A DNA stretch of 64,000 nucleotides, taken from positions 1,088,001 through 1,152,000 of the forward strand of contig CP143273.1 in NCBI GenBank assembly GCA_051013385.1, written 5' to 3'. Below the pieces are notes generated by a model, which had not been told where the DNA came from, searched no databases, and was given only the letters and a program-made list of their open reading frames with translations. The DNA comes from Phormidium sp. (GTDB lineage: Bacteria > Cyanobacteriota > Cyanobacteriia > Cyanobacteriales > Aerosakkonemataceae). Positions 1-11,885 of the stretch are shown piece by piece (the first letter of the stretch is position 1; every line of letters begins with the position of its first letter). Position numbers and translations under genes: made by a program.

Positions 1-2
1 CG

Positions 3-3000
3 TCTCCAGAACATCCCTTAGTAATATTTTTGGATGATTTACAATGGGCGGATACAGCTTCCTTAAAACTAATACAATTGTTGGTAAATAAAACGAAAAG
101 GGCGCTATTCTTAATAGGAGCATATCGGAATAACGAAGTTAATGCTTTACATCCCTTGAAGCATACACTAGAAGAAATTAAAACTACTGGAGCAGATTTA
201 ACTGAAATTTTATTATCTAGATTAGAGTTATCGGAAGTTAATCAGTTGATTGCTGAAACTTTGAATTGCTCGTTAGAAAAATCACAACCATTAGCGGAAT
301 TACTTTTAGCCAAAACTGAGGGTAATCCTTTCTTTTTAAAGCAATTTCTCAAGTCGCTTTATAAAGAAAAGTTATTAATGTTTGATTGTGTTCAAAGTTC
401 TTGGCAGTGGGATTTAGAGCAAATTTGCACCAAGGCAATGACGGAAAACGTTGTAGAATTACTAGTTCGCAAAATCAAAAATCTGCCAGAAAAAACACAA
501 ACAATTTTAAAATTATCTGCGTGCATAGGGAATCATTTTGATTTAGAATCTTTAAGAGTTATTTCAGAAATATCGCTAGAAAATTCAATTGAAAGCTTAC
601 AAGAAACTGTTAGAGAAGAGTTAATTAAATGTTCAGTTTCCAGAAGAGTTTTGCCAAAAATTCCCCGAAGAAAAGAGCCACCAAATATTACCTATGAATT
701 TGTACACGATCGCATTCAGCAAGCCGCCTATTCTCTCATTCCCACCACAGAAACTAAAGCAATACACTGGCAAATTGGACTACTACTACTGCACAATAGC
801 TCAAAAGAAGTGCAAGAAGAGAAAATTTTTCAAATTGTTAACCAACTTAATCAAGGGATAGAATTGTGCAAAGATGAATTTCAAAAGTATGAACTTGCAA
901 ATTTAAATTTGATGGCTGCAAAAAAAGCTAGATTAGCAACTGCTTATGAAGCCGAATTTCAATATTTAACAGTAGGGATTAATTTGTTAGGAAAAGACTG
1001 TTGGGAAATTCAATATAAGTTGGCTTTAGAAATTCATGAATTAAATGCTGAAAATGCTTATTTGCGTGGTAAATTTTCCGAATTAGAACAGTTAGAACAA
1101 AAGCTTTTAAACCAAGCTCGAACTGAACTAGATAAAGTGAAAACTTATGAAATTAAAATTCAAGCCTGTATGGCCAAAAACCATTTATTAGAAGCTATAA
1201 ATATTGGACTGGAAGTGCTAGAGCTTTTGGGAATAAAATTAATAAAAAGTCCTGAAGACTATCATATTTTTATAGAACTTACCTCACTAAAAATTGCTCT
1301 GTTTGGTCGATCAATTAAAGCTTTGGCGAATTTACCAAAAATGACAAATTTGCGTTCAATTGCAGCCGTGCGAATTCTGGAGATAATGTTAATTCCTGCT
1401 GCGCTTGCCTGCCCTAAAATATATCCTATGATCGTCTCTAAAATAATCAAATTATCCCTTCGTTATGGAAATGCGCTCAATTCAGCTATTGGATATTCTT
1501 GTTATGCAATAGTTTTAATGAATAGAACTGGAGACATTGAAAACAGCTATCGATTTGGTTTGTTAGCCCTATATCTAGAAGAGAAATTTGAAAGCAAAAA
1601 ACTTAAAGGTGCTATTTTAACAGGACTTTCTAATTCTATTATTCACTGGAAGGAACCACTAAAAAATACGCTACCCCTACTGCGAGAGGCTCATCAAATT
1701 TGCTTAGAAACAGGGAATTTACGATATTTTGCTTGGTCTGTTATTAGCTATTGTTCTAACTCATTTTTTAGCAGTAATGTACTCACGAAATTAGAACAAG
1801 AGATAGCTTATTACAGCGAATTAATTCAACATTACAAACAAGAAAATGCTTTTAGATCTATTAAGATATATCATCAAGTTGTTTTTAATTTGCTGGCACG
1901 CAGCGAAAATCCATGTTGTTTAATTGGGGAAATTTACAATGAAGAGTATATAGCATCACTTAACAAGAACGCCAATAATAAAAGGAGAAATTTGTTAGAA
2001 AATTTTTACAAATTGATTCTTTGTTATTTATTTGAAGAGAATGGGCAAGCAGCTGTTTGTGCAGACCAAGTAGAAAAATTTTTAGATATTGTGAATGCCT
2101 CTATCAAAGTACCATTATTCTATTTTTATAACTCCTTAGTCAGATTAGCTCTCTATTCAAATAGTTCTAAATCTGAACAAAAATATTGGCTGAAATGGGT
2201 CAAAATTAATAAAAATAAGCTAAAAAAATGGGCACATTATTCTCCAACAAATTACTTACATAAATATTATTTAGTGGAGGCAGAACTAAGTCGAGTTTTG
2301 CATCAAGATGTAAAGGCACAAGAGCTATACGATCGCGCGATCGCCCTAGCCAAAGCAAACGAATATACCAATGAAGAAGCTCTTGCCAATGAACTAGCAG
2401 CTAAATTCTACCTTAGCCGAGGAAAAATTACCATTTCTCGTGCATATATGCAGGAAGCCCGTTATTGTTATCAAAAATGGGGAGCTATTGCTAAAGTAAA
2501 TCATTTAAATGAGAATTACCCTCTATTATTAACTCAAGTTCCACAGGAGACTTCTTCAGTAACCTTAACTATGGATTCTTACCGTTGGACAAGTTTGGAT
2601 TTAACAACTGTTACTAAAGCTGCACAAGTTTTATCCGGGGAGATCGTATTAGATGAATTATTGAAAAAATTGATGCTTATTGTTTTAGAAAATGCAGGAG
2701 CTCAATCTGGCTGTCTTATCCTCAATCAAAATGATACTTTATCTATAGAAGCTAGCGGCACTCTAACAACAGATTGGGTGATACAGAGAGAAACAATAGC
2801 AGTTGAAACTAGTAGTTTATTACCAATATCAGTTATTAATTATGTATTTAGAACTAAAGAGGATTTGATCTTAAATAACGCTAGTCAAGAAGGTAATTTT
2901 ACTGAAGACCCTTACATTTGTTTGCATCAATCAAAGTCAATTTTATGCGTTCCTATTCTCGGTAAAGGTAAACTTATTGGAATTTTATATTTAGAAAATA

Positions 3001-5066
3001 ATCTAACAACAAGTGCTTTTACACCCAGCCGATCGAAACTTCTTAAATTACTTTGCTCTCAAGCTGCTATTGCTTTAGAAAATGCCCAACTTTACAATCG
3101 ATTAGAGGATTACTCTCAGACTCTAGAACAAAAAGTTGCAGCTAGAACTCAAGAATTACAAGAAGAAATAAAAACCAGAGAACAAGTTGAAGCTGCTTTG
3201 CGCTTATCAGAAGAAAAATTTTACCGTGCCTTTCGTTCTAGTCCTAATCCCATCTCCCTCAGTCGATTTTCTGATGGATGTTTGATTGAAGTTAATGATA
3301 GCTGGTTAAATATTTTTGAGTACGATCGCACAGAAGTTATAGGTCATAGCTTCGCTGAGCTTAGTATTATAGTTGATTTAGCAGCATCGAAAAAGATTCG
3401 GCAGATGTTAAAGAAACAAGAAATAGTTCGCAATTTAGAAACTAATTTTCGCAGTAAGTCTGGACAAATTAAAACTTTTTTATTTTCTGCTGAACCTATT
3501 AATATTGCTGGAGAAGCTTACATTATCGCTGTTGGCAACGACATCACAGAGCGTAAGCAAGCAGAAATGGCATTGGAAGCAGCTAAACAAGCCGCCGATG
3601 CTGCTAACCGAGCAAAAAGCACTTTTTTGGCAAATATGAGCCACGAACTTAGAACACCATTAAATGCTATTCTTGGCTTCTCCCAATTAATGAGTCGTGC
3701 TTCTAACTTATATTCAGAACAGCAAGAAAATTTAGCTATTATTAGTCGTAGTGGAGAACACTTGCTAACACTAATTAACCAAGTTTTAGATTTGTCCAAA
3801 ATTGAAGCGGGACGTATTACTCTTAATGAAACAAACTTTGACCTTCATCGGCTGCTAAAAGACTTAGCAGATATGTTTCAAATCCAGGCTAAAAATAAAG
3901 GATTACAGTTAATCTTTGAACTGTCGCCAGAAGTTCCCAGATATGTAAAAAGTGATGAACTTAAGTTGCGCCAAGTATTACTAAACTTGCTATCTAATGC
4001 AATTAAATTCACATCTGAAGGCGGTCTTTCTCTAAGAGTTGGGTTAGAAATAAGTAAGAATATACAAAATTCATTTATTGATAAAGTAATCGAAAAAGAA
4101 AAAGCTACTTCATTACTTATTACTAATGTAGAAACTATAATCATTTTTGAATTAGAAGATACTGGTGTAGGAATTCCGCCAGAAGAATTAGAGGCTGTTT
4201 TTGAAGCTTTTACACAAAGTAAAGCAGGTCAAAGCTCACCAGAAGGAACTGGATTAGGATTGACTATTGCACGATCTTTTGTGCAATTAATGGGAGGCGA
4301 TATTAGTGTTAATAGTTATGTTGGTCAAGGCAGTGTTTTTAGATTTAATATTAAAGTTAATGTTGTAGAAAGTGCTGATGTTAAATCTTGGCAACCAACG
4401 CGAAGAGCGATCGCACTTGCACCCAATCAACCAAAATATCGCCTTTTAATCGTAGACGATCGCTGGGATAGTCGCCAACTATTAATTAAACTACTCTTTC
4501 CTTTTGGTTTTGAAATTTACGAAGCAAGTAATGGAAACGAAGCTATCCAGAAATGGGAACAAACTTCACCACATTTAATTTTTATGGATATGCGAATGCC
4601 GATTATGGATGGATATGAAGCAACTAAACAAATTAAATCTACTACTAAAGGTCAAGCAACAGCAATAATCGCCCTAACAGCTAGTAGCTTTGATGAAGAA
4701 CAGGCTGTTGTTCTTTCTGCGGGTTGCGATGGCTTTATTCGTAAACCTTTCCGCGATGATAACATTTTCGCTGCTTTAACTAAACATATAGGAGTAGTAT
4801 TTCTTTATGAAGAATATCAAACTAAAGTTTCTCAGAACGAAAGCGAAACAGATATCATTAGCACTGCTCATCTTGCTACTTTACCTCATGACTTACTCCT
4901 AGATTTACAACAATCCATTATTAACCTTGATTCGGAGTTAATGCAAAGTATTGTAGGAAAAATTACTCAAATTAACGAACCTTTAGCTAAAGCGATCGCT
5001 ATTTACATTAAAAGATTCCAATATGATGAACTATTAGAGTTAACCCAATTAACAACTAATCGTTAA
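3..5066 (+). CDS. Hybrid sensor kinase (AAA ATPase/TPR-like region, GAF, PAS, HisKA/HATPase, REC); 5'-partial
   Basis: Frame is open to the window edge and reads HPLVIFLDDLQWAD (Walker B), so the TTG at 30 is not the start. GAF (ILYLENNL), H-box FLANMSHELRTPLNAI, N-box QVLLNLLSNAIKFT, GTGLGL, REC LIFMDMRMP. Confidence 0.92.
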   Translation, partial: SPEHPLVIFLDDLQWADTASLKLIQLLVNKTKRALFLIGAYRNNEVNALHPLKHTLEEIKTTGADLTEILLSRLELSEVNQLIAETLNCSLEKSQPLAELLLAKTEGNPFFLKQFLKSLYKEKLLMFDCVQSSWQWDLEQICTKAMTENVVELLVRKIKNLPEKTQTILKLSACIGNHFDLESLRVISEISLENSIESLQETVREELIKCSVSRRVLPKIPRRKEPPNITYEFVHDRIQQAAYSLIPTTETKAIHWQIGLLLLHNSSKEVQEEKIFQIVNQLNQGIELCKDEFQKYELANLNLMAAKKARLATAYEAEFQYLTVGINLLGKDCWEIQYKLALEIHELNAENAYLRGKFSELEQLEQKLLNQARTELDKVKTYEIKIQACMAKNHLLEAINIGLEVLELLGIKLIKSPEDYHIFIELTSLKIALFGRSIKALANLPKMTNLRSIAAVRILEIMLIPAALACPKIYPMIVSKIIKLSLRYGNALNSAIGYSCYAIVLMNRTGDIENSYRFGLLALYLEEKFESKKLKGAILTGLSNSIIHWKEPLKNTLPLLREAHQICLETGNLRYFAWSVISYCSNSFFSSNVLTKLEQEIAYYSELIQHYKQENAFRSIKIYHQVVFNLLARSENPCCLIGEIYNEEYIASLNKNANNKRRNLLENFYKLILCYLFEENGQAAVCADQVEKFLDIVNASIKVPLFYFYNSLVRLALYSNSSKSEQKYWLKWVKINKNKLKKWAHYSPTNYLHKYYLVEAELSRVLHQDVKAQELYDRAIALAKANEYTNEEALANELAAKFYLSRGKITISRAYMQEARYCYQKWGAIAKVNHLNENYPLLLTQVPQETSSVTLTMDSYRWTSLDLTTVTKAAQVLSGEIVLDELLKKLMLIVLENAGAQSGCLILNQNDTLSIEASGTLTTDWVIQRETIAVETSSLLPISVINYVFRTKEDLILNNASQEGNFTEDPYICLHQSKSILCVPILGKGKLIGILYLENNLTTSAFTPSRSKLLKLLCSQAAIALENAQLYNRLEDYSQTLEQKVAARTQELQEEIKTREQVEAALRLSEEKFYRAFRSSPNPISLSRFSDGCLIEVNDSWLNIFEYDRTEVIGHSFAELSIIVDLAASKKIRQMLKKQEIVRNLETNFRSKSGQIKTFLFSAEPINIAGEAYIIAVGNDITERKQAEMALEAAKQAADAANRAKSTFLANMSHELRTPLNAILGFSQLMSRASNLYSEQQENLAIISRSGEHLLTLINQVLDLSKIEAGRITLNETNFDLHRLLKDLADMFQIQAKNKGLQLIFELSPEVPRYVKSDELKLRQVLLNLLSNAIKFTSEGGLSLRVGLEISKNIQNSFIDKVIEKEKATSLLITNVETIIIFELEDTGVGIPPEELEAVFEAFTQSKAGQSSPEGTGLGLTIARSFVQLMGGDISVNSYVGQGSVFRFNIKVNVVESADVKSWQPTRRAIALAPNQPKYRLLIVDDRWDSRQLLIKLLFPFGFEIYEASNGNEAIQKWEQTSPHLIFMDMRMPIMDGYEATKQIKSTTKGQATAIIALTASSFDEEQAVVLSAGCDGFIRKPFRDDNIFAALTKHIGVVFLYEEYQTKVSQNESETDIISTAHLATLPHDLLLDLQQSIINLDSELMQSIVGKITQINEPLAKAIAIYIKRFQYDELLELTQLTTNR

Positions 5067-5068
5067 AC

Positions 5069-6916
5069 ATGAATCAAGCTCTAAACTCTCCTCAAATAAA
5101 TAGCATTTTAATCGTCGATGACACTCCAGAGAACTTAAATCTTCTCAGTGGGATGCTATCTGGTGCTGGCTACAAAGTACACCTAGCACCAAGCGGTAAA
5201 ATAGCTCTAAAATTTATTGAAACAAACAAACCTGACCTAATTTTGCTTGACATTATGATGCCACAGATAGACGGTTATGAAATATGCAAGCAACTAAAAT
5301 CTTCTCCCGTAACTCAAGATATTCCCGTAATTTTCCTCAGCGCTTTACAAGAAGTATTTGATAAAGTAAAAGCCTTTTCTTTAGGAGCAGTAGACTACAT
5401 TACCAAACCATTTGAATGCCAAGAAGTTTTAGCCAGAATTGAAAATCAATTACGCTTGAGAAGACTTTCAAAACAATTAAGCGAGCAAAACGATCGGCTT
5501 TCTCAAGAAATCCAACAACGTAAACAAATTGAAGAAGAATTACGCCGATCTGAAGAGCAGCGCCGACTTACTTTAGACCTTACTCACATCGGAACTTGGC
5601 AATGGCACGTTGCTACAGATAAAGCAGATTGGAATGATAATATGTATCGGTTACTGGGATTAGTACCTGGTGAAGTTGAAAGTAGCCGTCTTGCTTGGCG
5701 ATCGCGCCTTCATCCTGAAGATTTGGAAAGGGTTCATCAAGCAGTTATCCACGCTTTAACAACCCACACCGATCATGAAGTTGAATATCGAGTAGTTTAC
5801 CCTGATGGGAATGTTCATTGGCTTTTAAGCAGAGGTCGTGGTATTTATAACGAAGCAGGAGAACCTGTAAGAATGACAGGAGTAGTTCTCGACATTGGCT
5901 TACGCAAAATTGCAGAGGAAACTCTTAAAGAACAAAAAGAACTTCTGCAAACTATCTTCGATCATGTTCCAGTAATGATTGCTTTATTTGATAGCCCCAA
6001 AAATGATGGTACTCTCTCCTTACTATGGATTAATCAGGCATGGGAAAAAATTTTAGGATGGAATATTGAGGAACTAATTAGTAAAGAGAAAGAAGCGTTT
6101 GTGGAATTTTATCCCAATCCTGTCTGTCGTCAAATATTTCTCGACCAAATGTTGAGAGCAAATTCCGAATGGCGGGATTTTCAAATAAAGATTCGAGATG
6201 GGAGTATGTTGGATACATCTTGGGCTTTTATTCGTTTAAGTAATGGTCAAATTATTGCGATCGGACAAGATATTAGAGAACGCAAACAAGCAGAAGAAGC
6301 TTCGATTTTAGAAGAACGTAATCGCATGGCAAGAGAAATTCATGATAGTTTGGCACAAGCTTTTACTGGAATCATTATCCAATTAGGCGCTGCTTCACGG
6401 GTAATGGGAGGAGTTTCAGAAGACGCGATCGCACACATTAACACAGTACGCGATTTGGCTCGTTATGGACTGACTGAGGCGAGGCGATCGGTTGCTGCTT
6501 TGCGCCCACAATTGTTAGAAGAAGGTGATTTAGGTTGCGCTCTGAGTCGTTTAGCAACCCAAATGTCATCTAATACTAATACCCAAATTTTATTTGAGGT
6601 GATTGGCGCTGCATACTCCTTACCACCAGAAGTAGAACATAACTTGTTACGAATTGGTCAAGAAGCCTTAACCAATGCTTTTAAATATGCTTATGCTAGT
6701 GAAATAAAAATTGAGTTAGTGTATGAAACAGAGCACTTTCTCTTACTCGTAAGAGATAATGGACAAGGGTTTGACAGCGCATCTGTAACTGGCGGTTTTG
6801 GTCTTTTAGGAATGACAGAACGTGCTTCTCGTATGGGGGCACAACTAACTATCCAAAGTCAGCCAAGACAAGGAACATCTGTAGAAGTCTCATTTATCAG
6901 GGGTCAACCAACATGA
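5069..6916 (+). CDS. REC-PAS-PAS-HisKA_3 hybrid histidine kinase
   Basis: N-terminal REC (ILIVDD, LILLDIMMP), PAS_3 (HPED, YRVVYPDG), EERNRMAREIHDSLAQ, QEALTNAFKYA, GFGLLGMTERA. Confidence 0.92.
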   Translation: MNQALNSPQINSILIVDDTPENLNLLSGMLSGAGYKVHLAPSGKIALKFIETNKPDLILLDIMMPQIDGYEICKQLKSSPVTQDIPVIFLSALQEVFDKVKAFSLGAVDYITKPFECQEVLARIENQLRLRRLSKQLSEQNDRLSQEIQQRKQIEEELRRSEEQRRLTLDLTHIGTWQWHVATDKADWNDNMYRLLGLVPGEVESSRLAWRSRLHPEDLERVHQAVIHALTTHTDHEVEYRVVYPDGNVHWLLSRGRGIYNEAGEPVRMTGVVLDIGLRKIAEETLKEQKELLQTIFDHVPVMIALFDSPKNDGTLSLLWINQAWEKILGWNIEELISKEKEAFVEFYPNPVCRQIFLDQMLRANSEWRDFQIKIRDGSMLDTSWAFIRLSNGQIIAIGQDIRERKQAEEASILEERNRMAREIHDSLAQAFTGIIIQLGAASRVMGGVSEDAIAHINTVRDLARYGLTEARRSVAALRPQLLEEGDLGCALSRLATQMSSNTNTQILFEVIGAAYSLPPEVEHNLLRIGQEALTNAFKYAYASEIKIELVYETEHFLLLVRDNGQGFDSASVTGGFGLLGMTERASRMGAQLTIQSQPRQGTSVEVSFIRGQPT

Positions 6917-7542
6917 ATCACTCAGAAGTTATTCAGGTGTTAATTGCCGACGATCATCCTATTGTACGTCAGGGTTTGGCAGCATTACTCGATCGCGAAC
7001 CAGACATGAGTGTTGTCGCTCAAGCTGCGAATGGGTGCGAAGCAGTAGAAATGTTTCGTCAACATCAACCAAATGTAGCTTTGATAGATTTACGAATGCC
7101 CCAAATGAACGGTGTTGCTGCGATAACTGCCATTTGTACTGAATTTAAAAATGCTCAGGTTGTCGTGTTAACTACTTATGATGGAGATGAAGATATTTAT
7201 AATGGATTGCGGGCAGGAGCAAAGAGTTATTTGCTCAAAGATACTGAACCTGAGCAAATTTTAGCAGCCATTCGTAATGTTGCTAACGGTAAAAAATACA
7301 TTCCGCTGACAGTAGGAGCTAAATTAGCGCAGCGAATGGAAAATCCTCAATTGAGCGCTCGAGAATTGGAAGTACTTCGTCTGATTGCAGCTGCAAAGAG
7401 TAACCAAGAAATTAGTTCAACTTTAAATATTAGTGAAAGTACAGTCAAGTTTCACGTCAATAATATCTTATGCAAATTAGGTGTGAACGATCGAACCCAA
7501 GCTGCGATCGCTGCACTCAAACGAGGTATTGCTAATTTGTAG
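6913..7542 (+). CDS. NarL/LuxR-family response regulator
   Basis: IADDHPIVRQG REC and LSARELEVL...STVKFHVNNI LuxR HTH; ATGA overlap with the kinase. Confidence 0.95.
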   Translation: MNHSEVIQVLIADDHPIVRQGLAALLDREPDMSVVAQAANGCEAVEMFRQHQPNVALIDLRMPQMNGVAAITAICTEFKNAQVVVLTTYDGDEDIYNGLRAGAKSYLLKDTEPEQILAAIRNVANGKKYIPLTVGAKLAQRMENPQLSARELEVLRLIAAAKSNQEISSTLNISESTVKFHVNNILCKLGVNDRTQAAIAALKRGIANL

Positions 7543-7807
7543 GATTGCGATCGCAAAAGGCATTGAGTTGAGATAGGTGCAAAAAACTACAACATAAACC
7601 GTCAAATCCTTATATATTCTATCTTTCAGTCCTCTTGAGTGGTAGATTTATAGCTTGCTCAGGACTATTTCACTATGTGGCTCGTTGCTAAGTTGAGCAA
7701 TGGTTTCCTGTCCAGAAATCAGGTGGACTTCTGGAACTGGTGCGAGAATTGCAAAACTATTGGTTGTACTCATAAATTCATATTATTTGTCATATTTAAC
7801 TACTGGA

Positions 7808-7843
7808 GTTTAGACTATCGCACCGCAGGTGCGATGTCTAAAC
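7808..7843. repeat. Palindromic dispersed repeat, related to 47823-47859
   Basis: GTTTAGACTATCGCACC-GCA-GGTGCGATGTCTAAAC; flank CTGGAGTTTAGACTA is the reverse complement of 47850-47864. Confidence 0.6.
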
Positions 7844-7865
7844 GGAGAGAAGGGAAAGAAAAATT

Positions 7866-8095
7866 GGCTCTCCCCTAAACTCTGTGATAAATCTAACTTA
7901 TCAACATCTCTTAATTTCCATACAGAAACTCTGGTAAACCCTCTTTAATGGAGGGTTTGCCAAAGGAATCAACAATAAAGCTAAACTAATGGGAGCGTCA
8001 AGGTTATGGTTTTACAAATTTTGAAAGCTTTCGTGCCCGCCTTTTAGGTAGCTTTTCTGATTAAAAATATTTATCACAGAGCTTAGAGGAGAGCC
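7866..8095 (+). mobile_element. ISL3-family internally deleted element (MITE-like)
   Basis: 27-bp terminal inverted repeats GGCTCTCCCCTAAACTCTGTGATAAAT / ATTTATCACAGAGCTTAGAGGAGAGCC (2 mismatches); relic of the ISL3 transposase C-terminus (GINNKAKL...GYGFTNFESFRARLL). No target duplication seen. Confidence 0.8.
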
Positions 8096-8372
8096 GTCTT
8101 TATGGGGAAAATTGGCTAATCGCTTTTTACTCCTGCCAGTCATGGGTCGAGGAAATGCTTAATTATACGCCCAACAAAAAATCATTTTATCAACGAGGTG
8201 TGAGAGCTATAACCCTGATCCACCAACCTCTCTAGCTTCGTTGTCGCCCCCTGAAGCGATCGCCTCTAAATATATAGCAATTCTATTTGAGTTGTGAGCC
8301 AGCACAAGAGATTCCCGACTTCTCTTGTGAAGTCGAGGATCTCGCCTTCTGTAGGCGGTAATCGCAGGCGAC

Positions 8373-9665
8373 TTAGGCAGTGTGGAGCCGCTTTCGAGCG
8401 GGAGTCCCTGGTGCAGCGGGCTTTTTGCTGCGGGAAGGTGTGGATGGAGCCTGAGATTTTGCCCGGTTACTGCGACGTTGATTCGATTTCTGAGGCTTCG
8501 CTTGGTCTGCCTTAGATTTGACAATTGATGCTGGCTCGTACCCTGGAATTATAGATGAAACAAGGGTTTGATTGAGCAACCGTTCGATGTCCTTCAGGAG
8601 TGGATATTCATCTTCACAGACTAGCGAAACTGCTCGTCCAGCATTTCCAGCCCGACCTGTGCGACCAATGCGATGCACATAGTCTTCTGGGACATGGGGG
8701 AGTTCAAAGTTCACCACATGAGGAAGCTGGTCAATATCTAGACCCCGTGATGCTACATCAGTAGCGACTAATACCCGCACTTTCCCTTGCTTAAAGTCTT
8801 GCAGGGCACGGGTGCGGGCTGCCTGACTTTTGTTACCATGAATTGCGGCGCTTTTGAGCCCATCTTGAGCAAGCTGCTCGGCGAGACGGTTAGCACCATG
8901 TTTTGTGCGGGTGAAAACTAGCACCTGTTGCCAATTGTGGAACCCAATCATATAAGAAAGCAGTTCTCGCTTGCGCTGACTATCGACTGGATGAACCACC
9001 TGTTCCACCTGAGAAGCAGCGGTATTGCGCGGAGCTACTTCAATCTGAGTTGGAGATTTCAGCAGAGTATTGGCAAGCTGCTGAATCGGAAGAGAAAAAG
9101 TAGCAGAAAACATCAACGTTTGCCGAGATGAGGGCAATTGCGCCAAAACTTTGCGGATATCGTGGATGAAACCCATGTCTAACATTCGATCGCATTCATC
9201 CAACACCAGTATCTCTACGTTGGATAAATCTACGGTCTTTTGCCCCAGGTGGTCGAGCAACCGTCCAGGTGTAGCGACTAGAATATCAATCCCCCGACGC
9301 AGCATTTGAATTTGCGGTACAATTCCCACTCCGCCATAGACTACAGCCGATCGCAAAGACAGGTATTTACCATAAGTTTTGACGCTATCGTTAACTTGAT
9401 CTGCCAGTTCACGAGTCGGAGTGAGGATGAGGGCGCGAGGCGTGCGATGTTGTACCTTGTTAGGATTGGTGGTGCCCAAAAGTTGCAGTAGAGGTAGGGT
9501 AAAGCCAGCCGTCTTTCCCGTTCCAGTTTGGGCACTAGCAAAAACGTCTTGTCCTTGCAGGATGGCGGGAATTGCTTGCTGCTGAATCGGAGTTGGCGAA
9601 CTGTAGCCAGAGTCGGCAACAGCACGAAGCAGTACGGTGGAAAGACCGAGGTTACGAAATGTCAT
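8373..9665 (-). CDS. rhlE: DEAD-box RNA helicase, RhlE-like
   Basis: Q motif, [36 protein letters not shown], basic C-terminal tail. Confidence 0.9.
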   Translation of the reverse strand: MTFRNLGLSTVLLRAVADSGYSSPTPIQQQAIPAILQGQDVFASAQTGTGKTAGFTLPLLQLLGTTNPNKVQHRTPRALILTPTRELADQVNDSVKTYGKYLSLRSAVVYGGVGIVPQIQMLRRGIDILVATPGRLLDHLGQKTVDLSNVEILVLDECDRMLDMGFIHDIRKVLAQLPSSRQTLMFSATFSLPIQQLANTLLKSPTQIEVAPRNTAASQVEQVVHPVDSQRKRELLSYMIGFHNWQQVLVFTRTKHGANRLAEQLAQDGLKSAAIHGNKSQAARTRALQDFKQGKVRVLVATDVASRGLDIDQLPHVVNFELPHVPEDYVHRIGRTGRAGNAGRAVSLVCEDEYPLLKDIERLLNQTLVSSIIPGYEPASIVKSKADQAKPQKSNQRRSNRAKSQAPSTPSRSKKPAAPGTPARKRLHTA

Positions 9666-9958
9666 GGATGTAGTTACTCCTAGTGGTGCCCCTATCCCAA
9701 ATCAAATACCTGGGGCCAGTCTAAGAGCAGGAATTTTATGTTTCAGTGGGATGGCTTGAATCAGCTTTTCTCCAATGCGCCAGTAACAGACCGGAATGTA
9801 GTGGCAGATATTTATCCTAACAGAGATTGTCCTTTTTAACTGGAGAAGATTGGCGATCGATCTTAGACTTCATTTATCTAAAAGGCAGAAATTTGAGCTA
9901 AAGCAGAGGCTGAGGCGGTTCCTATTCAAGAGATAGCTCTATGTTCTATAAAGAATCG

Positions 9959-11764
9959 CTATGTTTCTATATCTATTATGTTGTATAGCTTCTTCGCCCT
10001 TATAGCATTTAACTTGCTTTGCTGAGCTAGTTCTTTGATGGCTTGCTTTATGCTTAGAGAGCAGCTATCTTCCATTTTTAGTCCTTGCTTGACCATATAG
10101 TACTTCTCAGGATGTCTCTCCAAGAGCCAATTTTTATAGTCCTCTACAGTACGTCGATTTAAATAATCGACTTCTTCTTCAGACCAATCGCTATTTTTAA
10201 GAGGTTTGCTTAGCACCTGAGTAATACTCATTGTCTTCTCAATACTCTTGATCTTCTGTTCAAGTTCAGAAATTAAATCAGGAAACTCTTGAAATAGAGA
10301 TTTCAAATCATTTAATGAATTTAATGAACTGAGTGTATCTGAACTATCAATTTTAGACTTTAGCCAATTTATCTTATAACTAGATAAATCTAAATTAATA
10401 GCTTGTGCAATCTCTTCAAGCTCTACAAGTTCATGTAAGTCTAAAAAAATACAGTTCTCATTAAGAAAGTCCGTCAGGTTCTTACAAAGCTCTTTTTCAG
10501 AAAAATCGAAAGATTCGGAATAAGGACTATATGCTTCTTGTAGTTTTTCTCTAATTTTTTTCTGTTTCTCTCCATCATTAAGCTGTTTAGCTGCTTCACT
10601 AAACTTCTGATAGTTACATATTGATGTTTCAACTAGACGAATTATTTCATCACTTATTGAAGATTCAGAATACCCAAGACTTATAGCTGAAAGATAGAGA
10701 TTTTTGTCTTCATTGTTTTTGCTTGCTAGTATGGTTGAATAATCGCCTAACGATAATAGTTTATCCAAGTCAACAGGAAAAGTTCGGTCAAATTTCGCTA
10801 ATGATACGAAAATAATTTCTTTAAGTATCTTATGACGAACTGAAGGCAAAAAATCTTTAATATAAGGTCTAAGTTGGTTTAAAATCCACCTTAACTTTCT
10901 GAGAATACGAATATTATTTGTCTGAATATTTTCTCTCCTTAAACAATTAAGTATAAGCTTTTCATCAAGATCGTTCTCACCAAACCCTATATAAAAGTTT
11001 TCGTCTGCACTAGGATTTAATCTTATTTCAATATCAATAACCTTTTCTCGATACTCATTTAAATTATTTTTATCTACTTGTGCAATTTTTTCTTCATTAA
11101 AAATGATTACTACTTTACACTCATGTTCTTCAGCAAGATTTTCAATGAAACCTAGTAGCTCATTAAGTCTTAGACTTTTTGGCTTTCTTTCAATATCATC
11201 TATACAAATTAATTTACCTTTCAGCATACTATTAATAAGTATATTGCTTATTAGTGAAATAGCTGATGAGGTAACTACTCCTGCGGCTTTTCCTGCAACA
11301 GGAATACCCTCTATTACTTTTTCTATACTTACTGAGTTTTCTTTCGTATTTTTTACGCCTCCTCTCCAAGCAGTCTTAAGTCTGTCCAAAACACCATTTT
11401 TTTCTTCTTTGTTAACTGGTTGAAAATTACTCCATAATTGCATCTTTAGTTCATCAATAGATGAGATGCCAAAAACAGAACTATAATAATATTCTTTTTG
11501 TCTAGCCAAGAAAAAAGTTTTCACTAAGTGAGTTTTCCCAACTCCCCAGTCCCCCTTTAGGGCAAATACTCTAGCCTCATTTTCTGAATCTAGGAATGCC
11601 TCAAGTGCTTCTTCTGCTTTTCTACGCTCTAAACCAGCTTTGGATCTGCTCTTGGAGTCAGCCGTAATTTTTTGAACAATTTTGATGATAGGGACAATTA
11701 CCGATGTCGTGTTTTCTACAGAAACTTTTTCGGTAAAATAAGCTCTTGCCTAGCCATTGCCCAT
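9959..11764 (-). pseudogene. KAP-family P-loop NTPase; probable nonsense mutation near the 5' end or a non-canonical start
   Basis: Walker A GDWGVGKT (11531-11554) lies upstream of the track's GTG start at 11524; Walker B LICIDDIER. The nearest in-frame ATG (11764) is followed by TAG at 11750-11752. Confidence 0.65.
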
Positions 11765-11885
11765 TCTAAACCAGAGATTATGAAGATGCAGGTTATCGCT
11801 CTTCAACTAAAAAGCTTACTCCTAGCATCCACAAAAGGGAGTTAACCAAGTGCGATCGCACTTTCCTAACAACTTAAGGAAAATA

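Noticed and set aside
7675..7878. 67-aa ORF
   Set aside because: It runs through a palindrome into an IS end and has no protein-like features.
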